Shown here piece after piece: positions 12,008-23,743 of a stretch of DNA of 64,000 bases. Origin of the DNA: Octopus sinensis (lineage: Eukaryota); the NCBI RefSeq assembly GCF_006345805.1, contig NC_043008.1, forward strand, positions 12,028,001-12,092,000. Reading direction: 5' to 3'. Each line of letters starts with the position of its first letter. The first letter of the stretch is position 1. The notes beneath the pieces are model-generated. The model saw only the letters and a list, made by a program, of their open reading frames with translations. It had not been told where the DNA came from and ran no database searches. A program made the position numbers and the translations under genes.

Positions 12008-12650
12008 TTCACTTTGTAACCATATAAATGTGTGTGTGTGGCCACGCTAGAGCACCATCTATGTGTATATATATATACAGATACACAGTGTGTGAGTATA
12101 TGTATGTGTATGTATATGTATATATATAAATATGTGTGTATATATATATATGTGTGTGTATAAATGTATGTGTTTATATATATATATGTGTGTGTGTATA
12201 TATGTGTATATATATATAGATTATATAGTTATGTTTGTGTATATATGTGTGTGTGCGTATATATATATGTGTGTGTGCGTGTATATATATATGTGTAGGT
12301 TTCAGTCATTTGTATATATTTGTATATGTATATATATATGTGTAGGTTTCACTTTGTAACCATATAAATGTGTGTGTGTGGCCACGCTAGAGCACCATCT
12401 ATGTGTATATATATATACAGATACACAGTGTGTGAGTATATGTATGTGTATGTATATGTATATATATAAATATGTGTGTATATATATATGTGTGTGTATA
12501 AATGTATGTGTTTATATATATATATGTGTGTGTGTATATATGTGTATATATATATAGATTATATAGTTATGTTTGTGTATATATGTGTGTGTGCGTGTAT
12601 ATATATGTGTGTGTGCGTGTATATATATATGTGTAGGTTTCAGTCATTTG
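12008..12650 (+). repeat. Direct tandem duplication of a ~304-bp TA/TG-rich segment
   Basis: TTCACTTTGTAACCATATAAATG...GGCCACGCTAGAGCACCATC...GGTTTCAGTCATTTG occurs at 12008-12312 and 12348-12650. Confidence 0.9.
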
Positions 12651-12770
12651 ACTGCCACTATGCTGGAGCATTGCCTAAGTCGAACAAATCTTTGTAAGCC
12701 TAGTACTTATTCTATTGGTCTCTTTTGCCGCACCTTTAAGTTACGGGGACATAAACACAACAACATCGCA
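12636..12770 (-). mobile_element. SINE family A, 3' portion
   Basis: GTTTCAGTCATTTGACTGCCACTATGCTGGAGCA...AGTACTTATTCTATTGGTCTCTTTTGCCG. Confidence 0.75.
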
Positions 12771-13013
12771 CGTCAATTAGGATTAGGATTAGGATTAGGA
12801 TTGGATGCATGTGATTAGTGCAGTGTTTTGTTTGAGAAGGTTGGATGTGTATGTGTCAAAACAGGAAATGGGGTAGGAGTTACCCAGTTCCCGTGAATAA
12901 GGAGAGACAATTCTCTGGATTTTATACTCTTTAATTGGAATGCTGTTTTTTTAGTCAAACAGAATGCTTATATCTATTCTTTGTCAGACGGGATGCTAGA
13001 AAAAGGAATACGG

Positions 13014-13815
13014 TCACCGTGGAGCTTGCATATTAAGAAGCGTTTGGAATTTTTCAATAAATAGATCCTCCTTGTTGATTCTTTCTTGTGTAGATATTGT
13101 CTTTACATTGATAGAAAGGGAATATATGAAATTTGGGATTTTTATTTTTAGAGCAAAATCTATGTAGCTACTGAGTGGAATTTGACGGTATTGTGGGAGA
13201 TTTATCTGTTCTTTACGGACTGCTACACTTCTGCGTAAAGGAAGGCTCATTTGTCCGATATAGTTGTGTTGGCAACCGGCGCATGTAAGAACGTAGATGA
13301 GGTCCTTGAAGGAACAAGAGAAGTTGGTCTTGATTTTAAACTTTGTTCCTTGTTTTAAAGTAAATCCAGAGACTTCAAGTAGGAAGGGGCAGTTACCGCA
13401 GTTAGCGCGAGCACATTTTTTAACTGATAGGGGTGGATGTGGTGTATGAAGCTTGGCATTTGTTAAGAGTTTTTTCAATGATTTATGTTGCCTTGTGCAG
13501 TTAAGGATTTTATGTGTATTGACAATATTATTCATTTTCGGGTCCGTGGATAGTAAAGGGTGGTTTTGTATGATTGTGGTATATGCTTCGATATTTTGGG
13601 AGTTGTGAGTGGAAATGTATGGAAATATCATTGAGGCCGGGTGTGTTACTGTATTGGGTGGTTTTCAGTGAATTATTGTCGAGTTCCTTGGCACATTTCA
13701 TTCCATAGTCTATGAGTGTGGAGGAATATTGACGTTATAATAGTGTGTTTTTTTGTGGTCTTGAGGGCGTATTTCTCGAGTTGTTGGATCCGAGACAATG
13801 ATGCAAATCCTTTAA
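13014..13815 (-). pseudogene. Penelope-like element remnant: RT thumb/linker and GIY-YIG endonuclease
   Basis: ORF 13631-13014 has IFPYISTHN..., CARANCGNC, FKIKTNFSCSFKDLIYVLTCAGCQHNYIGQ (the CxxC..IY..CxxC..YIG signature of PLE endonucleases). Upstream IIVSDPTTRE resembles the PLE RT thumb. It carries stops and a frameshift. Confidence 0.85.
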
Positions 13816-13879
13816 GCTCAAAATACTCAAAATACTTCAACCTACAACCCCAAAAACATCGAATCATACACCACATCAG

Positions 13880-14110
13880 AGAACGATGAACAAGATTCGC
13901 TGGACATTTTTAGAGAGCAAACGGTGAATAATTAGCGTCGTCCTTTTATGAGAGCCGAAGCATGGGTACGCAAATACTTGTAGACCACATGGAACTACGT
14001 AAAGCAACTGTGCGAGGACGCTAAGTGCACCCCAGAACACCTACAGTAATGGTGGACCGAACAGACTGGGGAGAACGGGTCACGGTGTTCCGTGCAATAA
14101 ACCCTACTGG
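13880..14110 (+). pseudogene. RTE-clade LINE 3' end remnant
   Basis: Broken translation gives R*TRFAGHF*RA...PKHG...KQLCEDAKCTPEHL...MVDRTDWGERV, matching the RRLRFAGH...QLxxD...MxDRxxWRERV RTE C-terminus. Confidence 0.75.
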
Positions 14111-14302
14111 TTGTTGATTATATATGTATGTGATCGTGCATGTGCATGCGTGCAGGAGTATGTGTGTATGTATATATATACATGTATACATATGTGTGTA
14201 TGTATATATATATATATATATTAATAGAATTATTTAGAAATTTTTTACCACCTAACGTGTAGAAAAACTTGTCAATAGACTATATATTATTTATTATATA
14301 TA

Positions 14303-14430
14303 CAGTGTACATTTAAACACATAAGATAGCCATAATTGGACATCTAAACCGCTAGAAGGATTATAACTACTACTTCTAGCGGTTTAGATGTCCGATTATG
14401 GCCATCTCTTATGTGTTTAAATGTACACTG
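14303..14430. mobile_element. Fold-back MITE with Tc1-like CAGTG...CACTG ends and TA TSD
   Basis: Inverted arms of about 57 bp (2 mismatches, one 2-nt indel) surround a 14-nt loop. The element is flanked by TA on both sides. Confidence 0.7.
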
Positions 14431-14452
14431 TATATACAATGAACATATATAT

Positions 14453-14514
<62 letters not shown>

Positions 14515-14803
14515 ATATATTATATATATATATTATTCGCTTACAATGCAAAACGGTTACGAAAAGTGATACTCGAAATCTCCGTGTGATTTCGACGCAA
14601 CCTCTTTAACTCCATTTTCTATAATAGTTTGAGGATTGAGAACGTGATTTGAGATGTGTCATGAGGAAATGTTATCACGTGAAGCTGAATCGGTTGATCA
14701 CTGAGAAGTGTGTAAATTAATGAGGCTAATTAGATGAATATTTATATGACGTGTCGTTCAAGCCTTCATCTCTTTGAATTCGCACGAGACATATCGAAAT
14801 AAT

Positions 14804-14945
14804 AATGATATTGATGAGGATGATGATGATGATGATGATGATGGTGGTGGTGATGGTGGTGGTGGTGATGATGATGACGATGACGATGATGGTGGTGGTG
14901 GTGGTGATGATGATGATGATGATAGTAATAGTAATAAAAAAAAAA

Positions 14946-15006
<61 letters not shown>

Positions 15007-15018
15007 GTAGTAGTAGTA

Positions 15019-15081
<63 letters not shown>
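14804..15081. repeat. (GAT/GGT)n followed by (AAT)n microsatellite
   Basis: Directly visible. Confidence 0.95.
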
Positions 15082-15360
15082 GCTAGATGAATGTCATGCG
15101 CTGATGTTGAAGGGATTGCTAATCACATGCTTTTACCGAGTTGAACTTCATCACATTTTAATCTGTGTGGGTTCTTTCTCTGTATGTCTTGGGTTTCTAC
15201 CTCCGAAAATAATTGACTGGGCGTGCTGGGACAGATCCCTACATTTTTAGTCATTATTATCTGATAAAAATTACAACTGGTGTCATATAAATGTTTAAAT
15301 TGAACTCCATGATGTAATAAAACAACAATCGGTCACCCATTTTTAGACACCTCGCTGTAT

Positions 15361-15620
15361 ATACCGGGTGTGAAGGGTATTTGTAGACGCTTAATTATCA
15401 ATGTATTGCTCTCTTTAAACGAATTCAAAGGTTTTATTCTTTTCTGATCCTGTCAGGCAGATAATGTACTAACAAAAGAAACGAAAAGACAAGGAGTCAT
15501 TGCTGACATATGTGTTGAACCGAGTGATTCACAAATTGCCAAGTTTCTAAATGTTGCATGATCTTTTGGAGAGAAAGTTCGGATGGAACTCGATGCCACT
15601 GGGAGGAATGTTTCGCAGCA
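15361..15620 (+). mobile_element. Tc1/mariner 5' end with N-terminal HTH remnant
   Basis: Begins TA|CCGGGTG (TACAGGGTG-type TIR). Translation VLTKETKRQGVIADICVEPSDSQIAKFLNVA*SFGEKVRMEL resembles a Tc1/mariner N-terminus. A possible right end of another copy (CACCTCGCTGTA) abuts it on the left. Confidence 0.55.
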
Positions 15621-16369
15621 TCAAATACAAAAATATAACATTCTGATCATCAGGCATTAAGAAATGACATTATATAATCTGGTCTTGTATACACTTTAAA
15701 AGACCGGATCATCGCCCGATGGAATATCTCAGATAATAGATCTGTGCAACTTATTGTTCGCCTGGAGACCAACAAGATCTACCAGAAATGTACTGCTTAT
15801 ATTCAAGCCAGCCTGATCGAACAGACCTGTAATCAAAATCATATTCGCTATGCTCACACATATGGAGTCGATCAAAGGCTTATGTCTTAAATTTGAGAGA
15901 CAAAAGTTGTATGAAACCCTGTGGCAGGCGAAATACGTAACCAAAGTTACAACTGCATTGATACGTAAACACTTTTAAATTAATCAACTGTATTTCAAGT
16001 AGGTGATTCAGATCTTATACGGCTCATAACTTATTTTGTTTTTGAAATTGGTAGGGAAATATTCGTATATAGCAAAGCTTGTTGAAGAAATATCGATTTG
16101 AGTAATTTCGTGGGCTTCAAGCCATTTTCATATCGTTCTGCTCTTTCTGCACTAAACATCTGAGCAACATCCATAGAAGCTTTAGGTCTGTAAAAATTAT
16201 TGCCCTCAAAATCCACAGAATGTTTGGCTCGTATTTCGTTGTATATTTGTTGTTATAGTATCTTCATGTAAATAGATAAATTGTAAGGTTACCCAGAAAG
16301 TTGCGAAGATGCTGGCATTCAATTGGCGTATCAAGTTTCGGGCATTTTGATTGGGTTTTGGATGGAAAA

Positions 16370-16560
16370 TTCACAAAAAAGTCAATTCTATTGATTTAAT
16401 GGCTTTGCGGGGTGACTGGGGAAATGTAAAGATGTGCACGACTATCCTTGGACGGCTTTGAATGACCATAGAAAGTGCAAGCCATCTAACTGAAAAATTA
16501 TGGATTTTTATAAAGGACACACACGCAGACAGAGCTTTTGCCGTTTATATATAGAGAGAT
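16370..16560 (+). mobile_element. Possible Helentron/HINE-like terminal fragment
   Basis: Ends GGACACACACGCAGACAGAGCTTTTGCCGTTTATATATAGAGAGAT, the same terminal layout as 17343-17720 and 36874-37261. Confidence 0.4.
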
Positions 16561-16924
16561 GCATGTGTTGAATTTCATTACAGATATAGAAATTCGCACC
16601 TGCTACGTGTAAACTTTTAGCGTCGTCGATTCAATTGCAAATACTTAGACCAAATCCTCAATGTGAGGATAGATCCATATCTTGATTCGTTCATTGTGTT
16701 TATTTAGCAACGGTTTCCTCCTCGCTTTCTCGAAATGCATGTAAAAGAATGTCATGTTCCATTGCCCCAACAACTATTAATCTATCAGGAGGCGACCCGA
16801 CTTTTCGTCCAATGTCACTTTCTCCAACGTCACTTCGTCCACATCTTTTGGTCCGACGTCATTTTGTACGATGATTTGTTTGTCCAACGACTTTTTGTCC
16901 AGTATTAAATAAACTCTTTCGAAA

Positions 16925-17066
16925 ACTGGTACTTAATTTATCGACCCCGAAAGGATGAAAGGCAAAGTCGGCCTCGGCGGAATGTGAACTGAGAACGTAA
17001 AGACAAACGAAATACCGCTAAGCATTTCGCCCGGCTTGCCAACGTTTCTACCAGCTCGCCGCCTTA
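16925..17066 (-). mobile_element. SINE family B, 5' half
   Basis: AACTGGTACTTAATTTATCGACCCCGAAAGGATGAAAGGCAAAG...CCAGCTCGCCGCCTTAA. Confidence 0.85.
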
Positions 17067-17342
17067 ATTTGAATCCAATATTAACCCATTAGAAAATATA
17101 GGAGTTGATTTTCCATTTCGGAGCAACTTCTGCAACTCAGTTTTAGTAAATGTACAAAGGCATCCTATTTGGTTCCAAAATAATTTTCATCGTGCGTGTA
17201 TTGTTCCAAACTTAAAACTTTAAGATAATTCTAACTCCAGGACGAGGGTTTTTGTAGGGGTTTCTTCTATAGCTCCAAATTACTGTTTATCACGCGCGCG
17301 ATGATCCAAGGTTAGTTAAACTTTAAACAATTCTATAAATTT

Positions 17343-17720
17343 ACTAGCAGTATCGCTCGGCGTTCCTCGGGTTTGTTTCCACCCTTTAGAATTAGAATTT
17401 TTTTTTTAATAAAAGTTTTGAATTATGTAGCTTGTTATTCTCTTTAAGTGAATATTTTTTTTGGTTGAAATAAACCGAAAAATGGCGACGCAGCAGTCAC
17501 AAAATCGTAAAAAATTGGGATTTTCGTAGAAAAAAAAAGCACCTTTTTGATGTAAATAATTTTTGGTCTTAACATGGTCCGATTTGAATGAAGAGCAAGC
17601 CTTCTTCTATCATATTCTCAATTTTGGTCAACTTGCGCCGCAGGGTCTCGGAGCAGATAATGTTAGTTGAAGGCTACCAAAGCTGCCACACACAGACAAC
17701 TTCAGCTGTATATATATATA
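17343..17720 (+). mobile_element. Non-autonomous Helentron/HINE (DINE-1-like) element
   Basis: Starts T|ACTAGCAGTATCGCTCGGCGTTCCTCGGG (subterminal hairpin) and ends ACACAGACAACTTCAGCTGTATATATATA. No TSD is seen. The terminus is shared with the 36874 copy. Confidence 0.6.
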
Positions 17721-18257
17721 GGTTACGTATAACTATGTAACTATAGCAAAATTTGAAACGATGGCAAAATTTCAGAAAGGGATGATATAACATAAATTTT
17801 TAACGACCGTGTAGACGTTTGCTAATATCTACGTTTCATAATATCTTCCACCTGTAATTGTTTCTGATTTATCTTAATAGTAATCAAAGAATTCGCTTCT
17901 CAAATTAAATTCTGCTTAAATAATAATCTAATAAGGTTATTTTCTCTTTATAATAAAGCTGGCATACAATTTAAATATCCATTAGTATTCATAATGGTGA
18001 TAATGTGATGTAAATGTATACGACTTTGTATACATTAATACTAAACACGTCACACGATCACTTATGTGTATATATATGTGTATATATGTGTGTGTGTGTA
18101 AATATATGTGCGTAACGCAAATGGTGGTATAGTTGTAATATAAACTTAATTTCTCTTGATGTTTTTACAAATTTTTTCTCTGATATCTACATCGTTAACC
18201 GTTATAGATACATAAACAAAATACACACATACACACACAAATGCAAGCTCTCACTCT

Positions 18258-18296
<39 letters not shown>

Positions 18297-19108
18297 AACT
18301 CGCACACATATATCCGTAACTACAAACATTTTATATCGGTGATCTGATCCTCCAACTTACCGCTTACGTGATTGCATATTTGCATATTTTATTTTATGTT
18401 TGCATGTCTGCATAAATGCGAGTGGGTGTAATTCATGAATATAATTATATATATACAACTACATCTATTTGCAAATATTTCTGCATGTGTTTATAGTGTG
18501 AGAATCCATGCATTTAGATCCATATATATATGCAAGTGTACGTATGAGCGGGAATTCTTATATTAATTCCATATAGAGGAAATATAAATTGGTTTGGCCT
18601 TGTTCAATCTGGTATTTGCATTGACTTAATTCAGTTTCGTAAATGGCGAACAGTTTACGATAAGTATTCTCCTTAAGTTACCAAAGTAGAATGTAGCGGT
18701 GGACCTAATGCAACTGCATACCCATTGGAAATAAACAGGTCAAATACCACACCCTATAACGCAGACCTATTCCGTTACATGTTATATATTTTCTTTAATA
18801 CATTCTATACCCTGAATAGTTTCCGATGGAAACCAATTTCATGTAAGCAATGGTTGGCAGATTTCAACAATTTTTTTTATACGATTTGTTTTTCTTGTTC
18901 TTTTTTGTTACCCATTTTTAAGTTATTGTTTATGTATTTTATTTATTTACTTGTTATATTTATTTAATTCAGATATTATTTTATTCATAAGATTTAGTCG
19001 GTTAATATCTTTCTCTTGTTGTTTCACCTCTTTTTGAACTCTTTGTTTTGCCTGATTTATGGCTGTCTGTGTATCCGCCTAATTTTATACCTACTTGCCT
19101 TACAAATT

Positions 19109-19207
<99 letters not shown>

Positions 19208-19209
19208 TT

Positions 19210-19248
<39 letters not shown>

Positions 19249-19923
19249 CTGTCTCTTCCTGTTTCTTTTTCTCACTCTGTGTGTCTATATATATATATGT
19301 GTGTGTGTATGTGTGTATGTGTATATACATATATATGTAACATATGTGCATATATAGGTACGCACACATACATACGCACATAAATGTCTGAAAATATGTA
19401 GGTGCGTGCTTGTGTGTCTCTGTATATATGTGTATACCACGAAGGAGCTGTGAACGTTATGAGACCTGTGAATGTGTTAACTTAAAAAGGCACTAAAAGA
19501 GAATGACCCTCCCCAGACACAAAAAAATTGCTTGAAATTGAAACTCTAAATTATAATTCTCACAAAGCCTAAAGAAACAACAGGGTCTTTTTAGCTTTTC
19601 ATGATAATTTATTTCCTTGCAATATGCAAGTGCAATCATGTAAACACCCCTAAATCAACATGGGTGTAACTTATTAATAGTTTAAGTATTTACAGCAAGT
19701 GGATTGTATACATAATTCTGATGAGTTGAGTTTGAGACCGAATAAATAATTCAACGTGTATAGTGTTACATAATATAATTATATTCAATTAAACAATTAT
19801 AAATTGAGAAAACGACTTATGCCATTCTCCTTGCTTGCAATTCTATATATGTGTGTGTGTGTGTAGTTCATAGATAATAATTAGATATTGTCCTTATAGA
19901 ATACACTAAGTACATATTTGCAT

Positions 19924-19957
<34 letters not shown>

Positions 19958-20339
19958 ATATATATATATATATTATATATATATATATATATATAATATA
20001 TATATATATGTATATGTGTGTGTGAGTGTGAGTGGGTGTATGAGTGTGTACGCGCGCGCGTTTTTGTATGTGTGTGTATGTATGCGTATATATATATATA
20101 TACGCATACATACACACACATACAAAAACGCGCGCTCGTACACACACATACACGCACTCACACTCACACACACATATACATATATATGCAATCGTTAAAT
20201 CGCTTTTTCAAGTTTTATTGGCTGCACAGCAATCTCTCACGAGCTTACCACCAAGTTGGATGCTTAACTGAAAGCCAAAGCACAGTCTCTTTAGCATAGG
20301 TGCAAAATAGTTTGTTCATCCATTTTTCATTCTGTTTTT

Positions 20340-21790
20340 ACGCATCTTCATGACGTCTAAAGAAAAGAGATTTCCAGCACGGTTGTATTCAAACTATAAG
20401 TGTGATTCATTATGCAAAATAACACGAAAATAGAGCTGCCGAAATACATTTTGGTTCTCCATATAAAAAAAGAAGAGGATAAAAGAACGATTTGTTGTTG
20501 GTTCGATCAAGAAGAAAACCTGAAAACGATTAAAAATGATAAAACGCAATTTCCAACGAAAATAAAGGCAAAATGGCGTGATCTCGAAAATGAATTATAC
20601 AAATCAGTTGTGGATCAGAGAAGCAAGGACAATGTATTTCTACAATTATTGTAATGTTTGGAGCAAGGAGGATTGCATGTGATAATAGATTTTACTGGCC
20701 ATACATCATGGTGTTATCGTTTCATGAAACGTAATGGCTTAGTTATGAGAACAGAAACAAAAATTGTTCAAAGAATGCCAGATGATTTTGAAATGAAAAT
20801 TTGTGCTTTTCACAAGTATTTTATGCAGTTAAGGAAAGAAGTTTCGTTTGAATTGTCTCAAATAGCAAACATGGATGAAATTCCGTTGACGTTTGATGTT
20901 CTAAGCAACAGAACAAGTCATGTAAAATGTACAGTGAAGAATACTAGACACGAAGATTATATTACACACTGGTGCCAGAATGTTGTGCAGATGGAACAAA
21001 ACTACCACCAAAGTTAATTATTAAAACGAAAAACATAATGTCCAAAGAAAATTCACCCAACGTTTTATAATCTCTGGGCGAGCGCTCCATTGGTTATGAC
21101 GAAGAGTTTTTATGTGATTCGATCAACGCAACAGTCTGCTTATGAAATTAATGTGAAAGTGTCTGAGCACTTACCAAACACGCGTAGCCTTAACATAGTT
21201 CTTAGGGAGATTCGATGTGACACGCCGAATGTGACAGGGACAGCCTATTGAATTACATGTAGAAATCATTTTTGCCAGCAGAATGGTTAGGATCAACGGG
21301 AATTAAAATGTTTTACTCAAGAGCAAAATGACCGCTGGTAATCGATCTCACACCCTTATGATCGTTAGCCGAGTACACTTACCACAAACTTTGCCTCAAC
21401 GTGTCTCAGTTCATGTATATGAAAAAGACCGGTGGGGGGGATATTTGTACAGAATACTACGTTGGGTTGAAAATGTCCTTCGTCTGTGATCACTTTGGGG
21501 TTCATAAAACGAAGAAAATAAAAGAAAACCTTATTAAGTCAAAAACACAACTGGCCCTTATAGTTGAAGGTGTAAGGGAACTACTTCAGCTACTCGTTTC
21601 GTTTAGCAAACCCCTTAAGGGAAATGGAAAGACTGAATGTAGGGGGAAGTTTATATTATGAACCATTGATAGACGAAGTAAGGGCTCTGGATGCGATGAA
21701 CATATGGGTGAAGAATTCGTGGGCAATGTTGTTTTCGAAGTTTCACACAAGGCTAAGAGGTTTGGGGAAGAGGATAATTCTATTAACTTG
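20340..21790 (+). pseudogene. Decayed pogo-family (CENP-B HTH + DDE_1) transposase
   Basis: Fragments KAKWRDLENELYKSVVDQR, SWCYRFMKRNGLVMRTETKIVQRMPDDFE, IANMDEIPLTFDV, CCADGTKLPP, DHFGVHKT..KTQLALI..LLQ and WVKNSW match pogo/POGK-type transposases. There are multiple stops and frameshifts. Confidence 0.85.
21064..21396 (+). mobile_element. SINE-like insertion inside the pogo transposase
   Basis: Interrupts the DDE region and is flanked by CAACGT (21058-21063, 21397-21402). It contains GATTCGATCAACGCAACAGTCTGCTTATGAAATTAATGTGAAAGTGTCTGAGCACT, which resembles a cephalopod (Ceph-type) SINE/RTE 5' domain as I recall it. Confidence 0.55.
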
Positions 21791-23149
21791 ATTCCAGTAT
21801 CAAGTCAAACAGAAACCACGCGGTTGCGTATTTGACCCACGAGAGATAAACTCAATCGCTGGCTTAAATTCTGCCAGCTCTCTTTCGATCATATCCTTTC
21901 TGAAAACGACAATGGCGTCGAGGATCCTAGAGTAGGTCCTCAAAATCACCGTCTTACTTTCAAGTTCTTTTAACCATCTTTTGGGTGGTGTAATTTCCCA
22001 CTTCACCATCTTTCCATTGTTATTTGCCATGTTTTTTTTTAAAGTCCAAAAATACAGTTCTTAAAATACAAAATAATTAAGGAAAAATGAGGAAGAGAAA
22101 AAAGTCCAAACAAAAAGGAAGGACAGAAAAAAATAAATAGTTCGATAAAGAATTTTTAACATAAAAGATAGAAGAAGAGAGAGCAACAGTTGAAAACACA
22201 GCAAAGGTCACTCCCCCTGCTACTGACATGTCATACGTTATATATAAAGAGTGCAGAGCTTGCACCGGAAACAAGCTGGCGGAGAATCCACCTGGGGTTA
22301 AACTAGTAGTAACATTCGTTTGCCATTTTGATGTGGCTATTCGCTTTACTATTTATTATTTCCTCTGCTTTATAAAAAAAAATCTATTTTAATCCATTTT
22401 GTGTTTACAATTGAATGCAAGTTGAAAGATGCTTTCAAAATTTAGTTAAAATTTTGTCGATTATGTATGTATACGGTGGGAGAGTGGGAAAAGGAAAGTA
22501 CACACATGTGCACGCATACACACACTCATGCGCTTGCAAATACACACACACACATACGTATATATATATATACAAACGCATATGACAAAATTTAAATTAA
22601 ATATTGAAAGACATCTATCCACCTTCATTTCGAGTTTAAATTTCTCAGATTTGTATGAGCTCTCCACAATAACTTGCAGATATGTAATGGATCTGACAGA
22701 ATCAATTATGCATCTCGCTTGACAAATATATACCCTTATATCTGTGTAAGAACAAAAGAAAACAAAAGGCTTGTTTGTACCCATATTTTAACTGAAGGAC
22801 ACTAAACTGTGACAGATATAATTGATTAAATCTCCCTACACTGAATTATATATGACGTAATTCATATTCGCACACGGTTGTGGCAAAATAGATTCTAATT
22901 AATAAAAAATTGTAATCAGAAACATACCTCAGGATTTTAAAATCTTATGCAGTTTAATAAACCATGTTATTTTATGTGTTTCAGCGCGTCAGAGTATAGT
23001 TTACGTCCCGCAGTTGACTTCTTACGGAAGAGAAGCAGATTTCCATTGAAAATTAGAAATAGATCTAATATCCCACGGATACTCTTTTACTCTTTTACTT
23101 ATTTCAGTCATTTGACTATGGCCATGCTGGAGCACAGTTGACAACACAG

Positions 23150-23743
23150 TTAATTAAGATTTATTTAGTGAGTTCTATTCAACACATGTTTACACGTGGA
23201 ATTCATTCGATGGAAGGCATTTTCAAAGTTTTGGCCGATAAAGTTGAACTGAAAAACCCTACAACGAGGCATGGATTGCACGAAGCCGTCTTGCAGTCTT
23301 GGGAAGAACTGTCTGAGCGGAAAAGTCGTGGATGTAATCACCCGCTACGGCAATGTCAATTGGCTTTCACGCTCCCCAGACTTGACTAGCCCGGATTTTT
23401 GTTTTTTGTATGGATACCTGAAAGAGAAAGATTACGTCATCAAACTGGAGACCCTGGTGCAACTGAAGGAGAACATCAATAGAGAAATCAGAGAAGTAGG
23501 GACTGAAACTCTTGAGGGTGTTATAGTGCACGTTTTGGAAAGAAAACGGGCGAGCGAATCCAAAAATGGCTGCCATTTAAGCGATGTCATTTTTCATGTG
23601 AAATAGTGCTGTTGCAAAATTTGACTTGTACATATTAATTTCCATTATGACTTTTATATTGTATCAAAATTCTATGCATTTATTTGTAAAGTGAAGGAAG
23701 TTATTAAAAACTGAAACCCATCAGTGACTTCTTGCACACCCTG
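23150..23743 (+). pseudogene. Tc1/mariner transposase C-terminal remnant with right TIR
   Basis: WLSRSPDLTSPDFCFLYGYLKEKDY..TLVQLKENINREI..GCHLSDVIF matches the WPxRSPDLxPxDFxLWGYLK motif. It ends CACCCTG|TA. Confidence 0.85.

Noticed and set aside
12776-12800. Interstitial telomere
   Set aside because: Only four units of TTAGGA, not TTAGGG. Kept only as a note under the Penelope finding.
15735-15890. Possible exon (DNRSVQLIVRLETNKIYQKCTAYIQASLIEQTCNQNHIRYAHTYG)
   Set aside because: The frame is short, with no recognisable domain and no convincing splice donor.
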